Below, in pieces: positions 1 to 9,403 of a stretch of DNA of 64,000 bases. Location: positions 1,024,001-1,088,000 of the forward strand of contig OZ220089.1 in NCBI GenBank assembly GCA_964291625.2, read 5' to 3'. The notes beneath the pieces were generated by a model. It searched no databases, was not told the DNA's origin, and was given only the letters and a program-made list of their open reading frames with translations. A program made the position numbers and the translations under genes. This DNA is from Candidatus Latescibacterota bacterium. GTDB lineage: Bacteria > Latescibacterota > UBA2968 > UBA8231. Positions within the stretch are counted from its first letter, which is position 1; each line of letters starts with the position of its first letter.

Positions 1-1334
1 TGCGAGGTCAGGACCACCGTATAGGTCCCGGTGGAACCCTCGTCGATCTGCAAGGTCGTGGGCGACACCTCCACGCCGCGCTCATCGTCGTCCGTGATGG
101 TGACGGTCGCTTGGGAGGGACTTCCCGAAGAGACCCGGTCGTCCGGCAGCGTACCGAAGCTCATCCGGACACTCTCGCCATCGTCGTCGACAGCATCGTC
201 TGCCGCCGTCACCGTGAAGCTCTTGCGGGTCTCGCCCGAGCGGAAGGTCACGCTCGGCGGGATCCCCCGGTAGTCCGCGGGCGAGGCGCCGCCGGAGTGC
301 GAGGTGTCCATGAGAATCGTCACGGTGCGCTCGGGGTCGTCACTCAGCACCACCACCACCGTCGCCGCGGCGCCCCCCTCCGCGATCTGATAGCTCGACT
401 CGTCAAAGGAGACCGACACCTCGGGATCGTCGTCGTCGATGAGGTTCACCGTGGCCTGCGCCCGGCTGCCGTCACGGAACCCCGGGGGCAGGCTCCCGAA
501 GCTCAGCTCCACCCTCTCGTCGTCATCGTCGACATCATCGTCCTCGGCCGTGACCGTGAAGCTCTGGCGGGTCTGGCCCCCCTGGAAGGTCACGTTCGAC
601 GGGTCGACCGAGTAGTCGGACGACGACGCGTTGTCCAGCCCCGAAGTGTCGATGGGGATCACCACCCTGCTCTGCGGCGCCGGGCTCAGCACCACCGTCA
701 CCGTGGCGGGATCACCGCCTTCGGTCGCCTGGTAGCTCGACCGGTCGAAGGAGACGGATATCCTCGTATCGGGGCCGCCCATGCCTACCGCCAGGACCCC
801 GACGCCGTGGACCGGGCAGTTGCCGGTGTGATCCCTCACTTCGTGGTCGAAGTACAATGTGTTGTCCAGCTTGGCGTCATCGGCGGCGTATATCGTGATC
901 GTTCGCCACTTGTTCCAGTTGTTCCGATCGAACTCATGACCGAGGGAGGGCGTCATCCTGATGTCCACATCGCCGTCGTCGTCGGTGTCATAGCCATCCA
1001 TGCGCGTCGAGCCATCGATATGGACCATGACCCACCAGTCCTTGTCTGCGTCGGCTGGCGGTTGCCTGGTCAACCTCAGACTGTAGGAGACGGACTCCCC
1101 CGGTCGCAGGTTCAACCTGTTCGTGCTCACCTCCACCGTCCCGGGTTCTTCACCTGGCGCAAGCTCGGAGTTCCAGCCCGGCGTCGGGTTCTGCCCGTAG
1201 ACCGCGGACGCCAGGACACAGGACAGCACCGCCGAAAGTGCGGCCGCCAGGGCCGCTGGTCGGAAGCCCGCCGCGCTCGATGGGGGGCCGCATCTGCACT
1301 GCCCGTCCAGGTTGGTGCTCCCGGGGATATCCAT
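1..1334 (-). CDS. Secreted Calx-beta repeat protein (N-terminal part; runs off the left edge)
   Basis: Not in the ORF track; my translation of the minus strand from ATG 1334 (purine-rich AGGGAGAGAGGG upstream) gives a signal-peptide-like stretch (AALAAALSAVLSCVLASAVYG). Repeated units follow: VSFDxSSYQxxEG...V.VVLS...DY...VTFxxGxTRxSFTVTAxDDxVDDDxExVxxSFGxLP...ATVxxxDDD, typical of Calx-beta. Confidence 0.8.
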   Translation of the reverse strand, partial: MDIPGSTNLDGQCRCGPPSSAAGFRPAALAAALSAVLSCVLASAVYGQNPTPGWNSELAPGEEPGTVEVSTNRLNLRPGESVSYSLRLTRQPPADADKDWWVMVHIDGSTRMDGYDTDDDGDVDIRMTPSLGHEFDRNNWNKWRTITIYAADDAKLDNTLYFDHEVRDHTGNCPVHGVGVLAVGMGGPDTRISVSFDRSSYQATEGGDPATVTVVLSPAPQSRVVIPIDTSGLDNASSSDYSVDPSNVTFQGGQTRQSFTVTAEDDDVDDDDERVELSFGSLPPGFRDGSRAQATVNLIDDDDPEVSVSFDESSYQIAEGGAAATVVVVLSDDPERTVTILMDTSHSGGASPADYRGIPPSVTFRSGETRKSFTVTAADDAVDDDGESVRMSFGTLPDDRVSSGSPSQATVTITDDDERGVEVSPTTLQIDEGSTGTYTVVLTS

Positions 1335-1667
1335 GTTGCCCTCTCTCCCTGGCTCGCCGTGCCGCGGCACCCTGTTTCGAGAGGTGGATGCGCGGGCTTC
1401 GCACTGTCGCAGCGGATTCGCTGCGGCCGTTGCTGTTACCCGCCGCCTCCTTCGAGGTCGGCGCCGGGTCCGGGGGAGGAGTCGGTACTGCCTGTCCGGG
1501 GGAGACAGGTGCTTCGGGCGGGGAGTTGCTCGACGCTACCGCGACGGGCGGGAAGAGCCCGCCGCCGGGGAGGGGAGGGCCCGGCCAGGGGAGCCGGGCC
1601 GGGGAGGGTTGCGGCCCTCAGGCCGCGGGGGAGAGCGCCACTCCGTGCTCTCCGTGTCGACGCGCCG

Positions 1668-3503
1668 CTAGCCGGCGGCCGCTTCGATCGTCTCGGCGAA
1701 CCGCTCGGTGATCGACTTGGGGACGATCTTGCGCAGGCCGCGGGTAAGGGTGCCCGCGTCCTCCGACAAGGCCTCGGGGAGTACCAGCAGGCGCACGGGG
1801 CGTTCGTGGCCTGTGAGGCCGGCGGCGTCGGCCTCGGCCAGCAACTGCTGGCGGATGCGCTCGTGGAGCGGCTCGAAGGCCCGCAACTGGTCCTCGTCGG
1901 ACGGCAGGCCGGGCAGGTCCGTCTGGCGGCCGGCCTCCTCCACGTCGACGGTGACGACGATGACCGGGTGGCTCCAGGCCTGCTGGCCGGTGACGAGGAC
2001 GTGCTCCACCAGCGCCGCCCGCGAGTAGATGCGCTCGAGCAGCTCGGGGTTGACGAACTCGCCGTTGGCGATCTTGAACTGGCGGCCCACGCGCCCGCGG
2101 AAGGTCAGGAAGCCGTCCTCGTCCATGCTGAACAGGTCGCCGGTGCGGTACCAGAGCTTGCCCGGCACCTCCTCGTCCTCCACCAGCACGCGGGAGGTCT
2201 GCTCCGGCTCGTCGAGGTACCCCCGCATGACGTTGGCGCCGCTCACCCACAACTCGCCCACGGCCGCCGGATCGGTGGTGCGGAAGGAGTCCTCCGCCGG
2301 CTCGGCGCGGGCCAGCTCGGCGCCTTCCTCGCTCACCAGCTTCACCTCGAAGAGCGGCCGCCCCACGGTGCCGACGCGCCGGCCGCGCAGGTGGTTGGTG
2401 GAGATGAGGGGCGCGCACTCGGTGACCCCGTAGCCCTCGTAGGAGTTGATGCCTAGGACGTAGTGGAAGAAGTCGAGGGCGTCGGGATCGGCCTTGGCCG
2501 AGCCGACCACCAGGATCTCGAGCTCGGCGCCGACGCGGCTGGAGAGCTGCTGCTTGATCTTGGCCACCACCTTGCCGCCGAGGGTGCGGTCCACGAGGCG
2601 GGCCCCGAACCCGGCGGTCCCCCGCGTGACGCTGTCGCGGGAGCGTACGGCCAGGTCCACCAGCCGGCCCTTGAGGCCGCCGGCGTCGATCTCCTTGCGG
2701 ACGTTGCCGTAGACCTTGTCGAGGACGAGGGGCACGGTGAGGAAGCCCTCGGGCTCGGAGATGCGGATGTCGGAGAGCACCCGGTCCGGCGACCGCGCCA
2801 GGTCGAGGACCCAGCCCTTGGCCAGCGGGTAGTAGATGTTGAGGACGCCCATGGAGTGATAGTCGGGGGCGGACTTGAAGAACCGGCAGACCTCCTTCTC
2901 GCTGACCAGGTCCCAGACGGAGCGCACGTTGGCGACGATGTTCCCGTGGGTCTGCACCACCCCTTTCGGGAGACCCGAGGAGCCGGAGGTGAAGAGGATC
3001 TTCGACTCGTCGTCGGCGGATACCTCGACCTCCGGAGGATCGTCCTCGGACTGCACCTCCTCCCAGGGGATGCCGTCACCCTCGGTCCCCGGACTCAGCA
3101 GCAGCCTCGGCGGCCGGGTGAGGGCCGGACCCACGCGGCCGTAGGGCTCCAGGCCGCGGTCGTCGACGAGGAGCAGGTCCATGTCCGATCGCGAGATGTT
3201 GTGCACCAGGACCTCGGTGGAGGACTTGTGGCACAGGGGGACGGAGACCAGCCCCAGGGCGTCGGCGGCGAGGAAGACCAGCAGCGGCTCGAAGCCGCCG
3301 TCGGTGAGGATGCCGACTCGCTGGCCCTTGCGCAGGCCGAGGGCGGCGAAACCGGCGGCCAAGCTGTCGCGCAGTCCCCGCAGCTCGGCATAGGTGATGG
3401 GGGCATAGGCGTCGCCGGCGTCGGTACGGGTCACGCTGCGCACCGCGGGATGGCCGGCGCGGGAGGAGAAGCTGCTATCCAGAAGGTCCTTGAGAGTCTC
3501 CAC
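1668..3503 (-). CDS. Long-chain fatty-acid--CoA ligase (AMP-binding family)
   Basis: Adenylate-forming motifs FTSGSSGLPKGV, YEGYGVTE, YRTGDL and GEFVNPE. Confidence 0.88.
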   Translation of the reverse strand: METLKDLLDSSFSSRAGHPAVRSVTRTDAGDAYAPITYAELRGLRDSLAAGFAALGLRKGQRVGILTDGGFEPLLVFLAADALGLVSVPLCHKSSTEVLVHNISRSDMDLLLVDDRGLEPYGRVGPALTRPPRLLLSPGTEGDGIPWEEVQSEDDPPEVEVSADDESKILFTSGSSGLPKGVVQTHGNIVANVRSVWDLVSEKEVCRFFKSAPDYHSMGVLNIYYPLAKGWVLDLARSPDRVLSDIRISEPEGFLTVPLVLDKVYGNVRKEIDAGGLKGRLVDLAVRSRDSVTRGTAGFGARLVDRTLGGKVVAKIKQQLSSRVGAELEILVVGSAKADPDALDFFHYVLGINSYEGYGVTECAPLISTNHLRGRRVGTVGRPLFEVKLVSEEGAELARAEPAEDSFRTTDPAAVGELWVSGANVMRGYLDEPEQTSRVLVEDEEVPGKLWYRTGDLFSMDEDGFLTFRGRVGRQFKIANGEFVNPELLERIYSRAALVEHVLVTGQQAWSHPVIVVTVDVEEAGRQTDLPGLPSDEDQLRAFEPLHERIRQQLLAEADAAGLTGHERPVRLLVLPEALSEDAGTLTRGLRKIVPKSITERFAETIEAAAG

Positions 3504-3519
3504 GAATCACCTCGATCGC

Positions 3520-3548
3520 TTGTGGTGGCGGCTACCCCGGAGCATAAT
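3520..3548 (+). promoter_or_regulatory. Putative sigma70-type promoter for the gene ending at 5271
   Basis: TTGTGG-N17-CATAAT in an AT-richer divergent intergenic region. Confidence 0.4.
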
Positions 3549-3591
3549 AACAGATGAATTCCTGCGGCGACAACCGATAACGGGGAAAACC

Positions 3592-5271
3592 CTGGAAAAG
3601 TTCACACACCGGCGGCCGGTGGCCCCGTCCGGGCGGCCATGGAAGCTCCGTTCCGCCCTCCTGGCGGTGCTGCTGGCGGGCGGGCCTGCGGCCGGCGACG
3701 TCCGCGATGGTCTGCGGGACAGCCGCTACGAGACCGGCTCCAAGTACAGCGCCAGCATCGGCTCGGTGACGGTGCAGGAACGCCAACTCTACCGCCTGGC
3801 CCTGCGTCCCCAGTTTCCGCTGGGGCGGGCGGCCGTGGTCCTGGACCTGGAGTTGTTCATCGGCGAGGACGGATCCGTCGAGAGCCTCGGGTGGTCCTTC
3901 GCGACCCCGGCCGAGACCTTCGACAGCCTCCTGCGCAAGATCTACTACGTCCGCTACGGTGAGCCGCGGGAACCCGCCTTCGTCCGCGTCGGCGCCCTCG
4001 ACCGCGTCACCCTCGGCTACGGTCTGATCATGGACCGCTACCGCAACACCCTCGAGTACCCGGGGATCAAGAGGACGGGCGCCGTCTTCCATTTCGACCG
4101 GCTCGCCGGCAACCGCTTCGGCCTGCAGGGGATGGTCAACAACGTTCAGGACTTCCAGCAGGGCGGCGCCGTCCTGGGCGCGCGGCTCTTCACCTATGTC
4201 GGCGCGCGCGTGGAGCTGGGCGCGACCTACGTCCTCGACATCAACCAGTACGCCGGACTCCTCGACCGCGACGGCGACGGCTATCCCGACGCCGTCGACG
4301 CCTTTCCCGGGGACGACGCGTCGGCCAGGGACAACGACGGCGACGGCGTCCCCGACAGCCGCGACATCGACGACGACAACGACGGGGTGATCGACTTCGA
4401 CCCCCGCAGCGGGCTGAGCCGCAATGTCGTCAACGGCCTGGAGGCGTTGGAGGACGAAGGCCTCCGCCTCGACCGCGACGTGCAGCGGACGAGCCCCTTC
4501 AACAAGGACGAGGCCGGCGCCGACCGCTTCGGGATCCTCGGCGTCGACGCCGGCTACCACTGGAAGCAGGGGGCCGAGTGGGACCTGACCGTGTACGGCC
4601 AGCTGGGGATCCTCCACGACGACGACGACGAGCTCACCCTTGGCCAGGCCCGCGTCCAGAACGTGACCGGCGGCAACCGCAGGGCCGTGGGCCTCGGGAT
4701 CGCGGCCCCGGGCCTGAGGGCCCGCACGGGGGCCTTCGAAGGCCGCCTCGAGTACCGCTACTTCCTGGAGGACTTCGAGGCCGGCTACTTCGACAACCTG
4801 TACGACCTCGACCGGGCGCGGCTCGACCGCGTCACCGGGAGGGCGACGCCCAAGGACGCCGGCCTCGACCGGGGCCAGAGCCTGCAAGGCGTCTACGGCC
4901 GCGTGGCAGCCAGTCTCTTCGGACTGGCCACCGGGTCCGCCGACTACGAGCATCTCCTCGGCGACAACGCCTCGAAGCGCCAGTTCCACGGCTCCATGAG
5001 CCTGTCGCCCGTGGTGATGAAGTCGGTGCGCCGGCTGAGCCACCTCGCCATCCACTACCAGAAGAACCACATCGGCCGGCGCGGCGGGACGTCGGGCTCC
5101 AAGGACGCCTTCTTCGAATCCACGGAAGACACCTTCTACGGCTACTCCATCGGTTTCGAGATGGACGGGGCCGCCGTCTACCTGGACACGCACTTCCTCT
5201 TCGACCGCGAGGCCGACGGCCGCCTCCGCCGGCGCCAGATCAGCTCCATCGAGACCGTGCTCAGCTTCTGA
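3592..5271 (+). CDS. Putative outer-membrane beta-barrel protein with inserted thrombospondin type-3-like Ca-binding repeats
   Basis: Signal-peptide-like SALLAVLLAGGPAAG, amphipathic beta-strand pattern and C-terminal Phe. Contains DRDGDGYPDAVDAFP...DNDGDGVPDSRDIDDDNDG. Start uncertain (CTG 3592 or GTG 3619; ORF track gives 3490). Confidence 0.6.
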   Translation: MEKFTHRRPVAPSGRPWKLRSALLAVLLAGGPAAGDVRDGLRDSRYETGSKYSASIGSVTVQERQLYRLALRPQFPLGRAAVVLDLELFIGEDGSVESLGWSFATPAETFDSLLRKIYYVRYGEPREPAFVRVGALDRVTLGYGLIMDRYRNTLEYPGIKRTGAVFHFDRLAGNRFGLQGMVNNVQDFQQGGAVLGARLFTYVGARVELGATYVLDINQYAGLLDRDGDGYPDAVDAFPGDDASARDNDGDGVPDSRDIDDDNDGVIDFDPRSGLSRNVVNGLEALEDEGLRLDRDVQRTSPFNKDEAGADRFGILGVDAGYHWKQGAEWDLTVYGQLGILHDDDDELTLGQARVQNVTGGNRRAVGLGIAAPGLRARTGAFEGRLEYRYFLEDFEAGYFDNLYDLDRARLDRVTGRATPKDAGLDRGQSLQGVYGRVAASLFGLATGSADYEHLLGDNASKRQFHGSMSLSPVVMKSVRRLSHLAIHYQKNHIGRRGGTSGSKDAFFESTEDTFYGYSIGFEMDGAAVYLDTHFLFDREADGRLRRRQISSIETVLSF

Positions 5272-5288
5272 CCCCGACGGGTCCACCG

Positions 5289-6422
5289 ATGAACCTGATC
5301 ATCGACGGCCACCTCGACCTGGCCTTCAACGCCCTGTTCTTCCGCCGCGACCTCACCCGGCCGGTGCAGGTCCTGCGCGAGCGCGAGGACCCCTGGCGCG
5401 ACGGCGCGGCACCCGCCGCGGCGCACCGCGACGCCCTGAACAAGCGGCCCCGGGCCGAGTTCGGCGGCGTCGCCACCGTCTCCCTGCCGGAGATGCGCAA
5501 GGGCCGCGTGGGCATCGTGCTGTCGACGATCATGTCGCGCGTGCAGCTGCCGAACGAGTCCCTCTCCGACGGCATGCGCAACCAGCTCGCCGCCCACGCC
5601 ATGGGGCAGGCTCACCTTCACTACTACAAGGCCCTCGAGCGGGAGGGGGCCCTCGCCTTCCTGCGCACCGCCGAGGACCTGCGCCGCTCCGCCGATCTCT
5701 GGCAGGGGGAGAGCGTCGATCCCGAGACGCCGATCGGCCTGATCCTCAGCATGGAGAGCGCCGACCCCATCCTCGGTCCCGAGGACGTGGCCAACTGGTG
5801 GGAGGCCGGACTGCGCTCGGTGGGCCTCACCCACTTCGGGGCCAACACCTGGGGACACGGCACCGGCACCCGGGGCGGGCTCTACGCCTGCGCCTACCCG
5901 CTGATGGAGGCCCTCGCCGACGCCGGCGTGGCCCTCGACCTGACCCACGCCTCGGACATGACCTTCTGGCAGATCCTCGATGCCTGGGAGGGCCCCGTCC
6001 ACGCCAGCCACTGCATGTGCCGGGCCCTCGTGCGGGGCCAGCGGCATCTCTCCGACGACATGATCCGCGCCCTCGCCGAGCGCGGCGGCGTCATCGGCAT
6101 GGTCTTCGCCGAGCCGATGCTCAACCCCGACATCGACTTCGACGACCTGCGCAGCGCCCCGCGCACGGCGCGCCGGACGATGGCCGCCGCCGTCGATCAC
6201 GTCGACCACGTCTGTCAGCTCACCGGCAGCTGCGACCACGTCGCCATCGGCTCCGACCTCGACGGCGGCTTCGGCCGCGAGTGGGCGCCGGTCGACTACG
6301 ACACCATCGCCGACTTGCAGAAGTTCCTCGCCATCCTCGAGGGCCGCGGCTACTCCGCCGAGGACGTGGCCCGCATCGCCCATGGGAACCTGCTCCGGTT
6401 CTTCGCGGAGGTGATGCCCTGA
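5289..6422 (+). CDS. Membrane dipeptidase (peptidase M19 family), copy 1
   Basis: IIDGHLD, LSMESAD, DLTH, ASH and IGSDLDG motifs; ATG at 5289. Confidence 0.88.
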   Translation: MNLIIDGHLDLAFNALFFRRDLTRPVQVLREREDPWRDGAAPAAAHRDALNKRPRAEFGGVATVSLPEMRKGRVGIVLSTIMSRVQLPNESLSDGMRNQLAAHAMGQAHLHYYKALEREGALAFLRTAEDLRRSADLWQGESVDPETPIGLILSMESADPILGPEDVANWWEAGLRSVGLTHFGANTWGHGTGTRGGLYACAYPLMEALADAGVALDLTHASDMTFWQILDAWEGPVHASHCMCRALVRGQRHLSDDMIRALAERGGVIGMVFAEPMLNPDIDFDDLRSAPRTARRTMAAAVDHVDHVCQLTGSCDHVAIGSDLDGGFGREWAPVDYDTIADLQKFLAILEGRGYSAEDVARIAHGNLLRFFAEVMP

Positions 6423-7513
6423 ACCCCCCGCTGATCCTCGACAGCCACCTCGACCTGTCCTTCAACGCCCTGCAGCTCAACCGCGATCTGACGCAGCCGG
6501 CAGCCACGGTGCGGGTCCACGATCCGGTGGAGACGATGGAGTCCTTCGGCAGTTGCACCGTGACCCTGCCGGAGCTGCGCCGCGGACGGGTCGGCATCGT
6601 CTGCGCCACCGTCATGTCGCGCATCGACCCGGGGGACCGGGGGACGCGCACGGGCATGTACGTCCAGAGCCAGTGCCACGGCGTCGGGCGCGGCCACCTG
6701 GCCTGGTACCAGGCCCTGGAACGCGCCGGCCACGTGCGCCTCTGCCGCACCCGCGCCCAGCTCGACGAGATGGCCGCCCTGTGGGAGACGGCGGAGGTCG
6801 GCGCCGACGGGTCGGGCCCCCCGGTGGGGCTGGTGCTGGCCATGGAGAGCGCCGACCCGATCCTCGGCCCCGACCAGGTGCCGGAGTGGCACGCCCTCGG
6901 CCTGCGCATGGTCAGCCTGTCCCACTACGGCAGGAGCACCTACTCCCACGGCACCGCCACCGAGGGCGGGCTGCGGCCCCCGGCGCGGCCGCTGCTGGCG
7001 GCCCTGCAGGAGGCGGGGATCGTGGTCGACGTGACCCACCTGACCGACCGGGCCCACCGCGAGCTGTTCGAGATCTACGACGGCCCGGTCTGCGCCAGTC
7101 ACCACAACTGCCGCGCCCTCACCCCCGGCCAGCGCCAGCTCACCGACGACATGATCCGCGACATCGCCGGCCGCGGCGGGGTCATCGGCGCCGCCTTCGA
7201 CTCGTGGATGCTCGATCCGGGTTGGCGGCGGGACCTGCAGGCCTGGGAGCAGCCGTCCGGCGCCACCCTGCAGAGCGTGGCCGACCACATCGACCACGTG
7301 GCCCAGGTCACGGGGACCAGCCGCCACTGCGGCATCGGCACCGACCTCGACGGCGGCTTCGGCGCCGAGCAGGCCCCCCGCGACCTGAACACGATCGCCG
7401 ACCTGCAGAGCCTGGTCCCCATCCTGCGGGACCGGGGTTACGGGGAGGAGGACCTGACGGGGATCCTCTCCGGCAACTGGCTCCGCCTCCTGCGCGGCAA
7501 CTGGCGGGACTGA
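6419..7513 (+). CDS. Membrane dipeptidase (peptidase M19 family), copy 2
   Basis: ILDSHLD, LAMESAD, DVTH, ASHHN and IGTDLDG motifs. Probable CTG start overlapping the upstream TGA, with GGAGG 7 nt upstream. Confidence 0.85.
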   Translation: MNPPLILDSHLDLSFNALQLNRDLTQPAATVRVHDPVETMESFGSCTVTLPELRRGRVGIVCATVMSRIDPGDRGTRTGMYVQSQCHGVGRGHLAWYQALERAGHVRLCRTRAQLDEMAALWETAEVGADGSGPPVGLVLAMESADPILGPDQVPEWHALGLRMVSLSHYGRSTYSHGTATEGGLRPPARPLLAALQEAGIVVDVTHLTDRAHRELFEIYDGPVCASHHNCRALTPGQRQLTDDMIRDIAGRGGVIGAAFDSWMLDPGWRRDLQAWEQPSGATLQSVADHIDHVAQVTGTSRHCGIGTDLDGGFGAEQAPRDLNTIADLQSLVPILRDRGYGEEDLTGILSGNWLRLLRGNWRD

Positions 7514-7564
7514 CCCCCCTCCTTCGCGACGAGCGGTCCGGGGGTGGCGGCATGTTTCCCGGAA

Positions 7565-7586
7565 ACGAGGCGGATTCCCGCCTCGT
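7565..7586 (+). terminator. GC-rich hairpin after the dipeptidase pair (possible terminator or pause site)
   Basis: ACGAGGCGG-ATTC-CCGCCTCGT, perfect 9-bp stem; no U-tract. Confidence 0.35.
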
Positions 7587-7589
7587 CGC

Positions 7590-7618
7590 TTGCGGATATC
7601 ACTCGGCATCGCTATACT
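7590..7618 (+). promoter_or_regulatory. sigma70-type promoter of ilvBN
   Basis: TTGCGG-N17-TATACT. Confidence 0.6.
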
Positions 7619-7699
7619 TGGCCCCTGCCAGAAACATAATGTTTGCGAAACTCGCATGATTGCTCGCATACGTGCCTCGCAACCCGGAGCCTTCTCCTC

Positions 7700-9403
7700 A
7701 TGAGAGGTGCCGACGCCGTCATCCAGGCGGTTGAGCGCCAGGGGGTCGATTTCATCTTCGGCCACCCCGGCGGCGCCGCCATGCCCATCTTCGACGCCCT
7801 CGTCGACTCGGAGCACATCCGCTTCGTCCTCACCCGGCACGAGCAGGGCGCCACCCACATGGCCGACGGCTACGCCCGCGCCACCGGCAAGCCGGGGGTG
7901 GTCCTGGTCACCTCCGGCCCGGGGGCGACCAACACCGTCACCGGGCTGCTCACGGCCCAGATGGACTCGGTGCCGATGGTCGTCCTCACGGGGCAGACCA
8001 TCTCCCCCATGCTCGGCAAGGACGCCTTTCAGGAGGCGGACGTCTTCGGCATCTCCATGCCGGTGGTGAAACACTCCTACCTGGTCAAGGCGGTGGACGA
8101 TATCCCCCGGGTCATGCACGAGGCCTTCCACATCGCCACCACCGGCCGCAAGGGGCCGGTCCTGGTGGACCTGCCCAAGGACGTGACCTCGGCCGAGTGC
8201 CGCGCCGACTACCCCGAGCGCGTCTACCTGCCCGGGTACAGCGTGCGCTCCAAGGCCGACCCCGAGCGGCTGCAGGAGGCCGCCGAGTTCCTGCGCCGCA
8301 GCCGCCGCCCCCTCCTCTACTTGGGAGGCGGCGCCATCGCCGCCGGGGCCCACGAGGCGGCCAAGGCCTTCGCCGAGAAGACGCGCATGCCGGTGACCAA
8401 CACCCTCCTGGGCAAGGGCGCCTTCCCCGAGCAGCACGAGCTGTCCGTGGGCATGCTCGGCATGCACGGCACCGCCTATGCCAACAAGGCCGTCGTCGGC
8501 TGCGACCTGATCATGTCCGTCGGCGGCCGCTGGGACGACCGCATCACCGGCAAGCTCGACGAGTTCTGCCCCGACGCGGTGAAGATCCACGTCGACATCG
8601 ACCCGGCGGAGTACGGCAAGGTGGTCATGCCCGACGTCTTCCTCCAGGGCGACGCCCTCGAGGTGCTCGAGGAACTGATCAACATGGTGGGGCCCCTCGA
8701 CACCGGCGACTGGCTGGGCCAGATCGACGAGTGGAAGGAGAAGTACCCCCTCAAGTACGGGAAGAAGGGGGGGCTGAAGATGCAGGCCGTCTTCGACCGC
8801 CTCTACCATCTCACGGCGGGCCGGGCGGTGGTCTCCACCGACGTGGGGCAGCACCAGATGTGGGCGGCCCAGTTCTACCGCACCGCCCACCACCGGCAGT
8901 GGCTCTCCTCGGGCGGCGCGGGGACGATGGGTTACGGCTTCCCGGCGGCCGTGGGCGCCCAGTTCGGCCGCCCCGACGAGACCGTGGTCGCCATCGTCGG
9001 CGACGGCGGCTTCCAGATGACCATGTCCGAGCTGGCCACCGCGGCGGTGCACGACCTGCCGGTGAAGGTGCTCATCATGGACAACGCCTACCTCGGCATG
9101 GTCCGCCAGTGGCAGAACCTGTTCTTCGACAACCGCCTCTCCGGGGTCGATCTGGAGGGCAACCCGGACTTCGTCAAGCTCGCCGCGGCCTACGGCATCG
9201 AGGGCTGGCACCTGAAGCGCACCGCCGACATCGACAAGATCCTCACGCGCATGCTCAAGCACGACTCGGGTCCGGCCGTCGTTCACTGCCACTGCGAGAA
9301 GGAGGACAACGTCTTCCCCATGATCCCCGCCGGGGCCGCCGTCCACGAGATGCTGATCGAGCCTCCCCGGCGCAAACTCGCCAAGCCGACGGGGAGCACC
9401 TGA
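7700..9403 (+). CDS. ilvB: Acetolactate synthase large subunit (biosynthetic)
   Basis: [35 protein letters not shown] and GDGGFQM (TPP-binding) motifs. Confidence 0.95.
   Translation: MRGADAVIQAVERQGVDFIFGHPGGAAMPIFDALVDSEHIRFVLTRHEQGATHMADGYARATGKPGVVLVTSGPGATNTVTGLLTAQMDSVPMVVLTGQTISPMLGKDAFQEADVFGISMPVVKHSYLVKAVDDIPRVMHEAFHIATTGRKGPVLVDLPKDVTSAECRADYPERVYLPGYSVRSKADPERLQEAAEFLRRSRRPLLYLGGGAIAAGAHEAAKAFAEKTRMPVTNTLLGKGAFPEQHELSVGMLGMHGTAYANKAVVGCDLIMSVGGRWDDRITGKLDEFCPDAVKIHVDIDPAEYGKVVMPDVFLQGDALEVLEELINMVGPLDTGDWLGQIDEWKEKYPLKYGKKGGLKMQAVFDRLYHLTAGRAVVSTDVGQHQMWAAQFYRTAHHRQWLSSGGAGTMGYGFPAAVGAQFGRPDETVVAIVGDGGFQMTMSELATAAVHDLPVKVLIMDNAYLGMVRQWQNLFFDNRLSGVDLEGNPDFVKLAAAYGIEGWHLKRTADIDKILTRMLKHDSGPAVVHCHCEKEDNVFPMIPAGAAVHEMLIEPPRRKLAKPTGST

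Noticed and set aside
1335-1560. Possible c-di-GMP or other riboswitch in the Calx-beta leader (several hairpins, a GAAA loop)
   Set aside because: I could not match conserved riboswitch cores by eye. An Infernal/Rfam scan would be needed.
111-2456. Long + strand ORFs such as 111-2456, 11354-13738 and 40212-42017
   Set aside because: They are antisense to well-supported minus-strand genes and have no recognisable motifs.
7553-7567. GTTTCCCGGAAAC palindrome as parS
   Set aside because: Wrong length and centre compared with TGTTTCACGTGAAACA.
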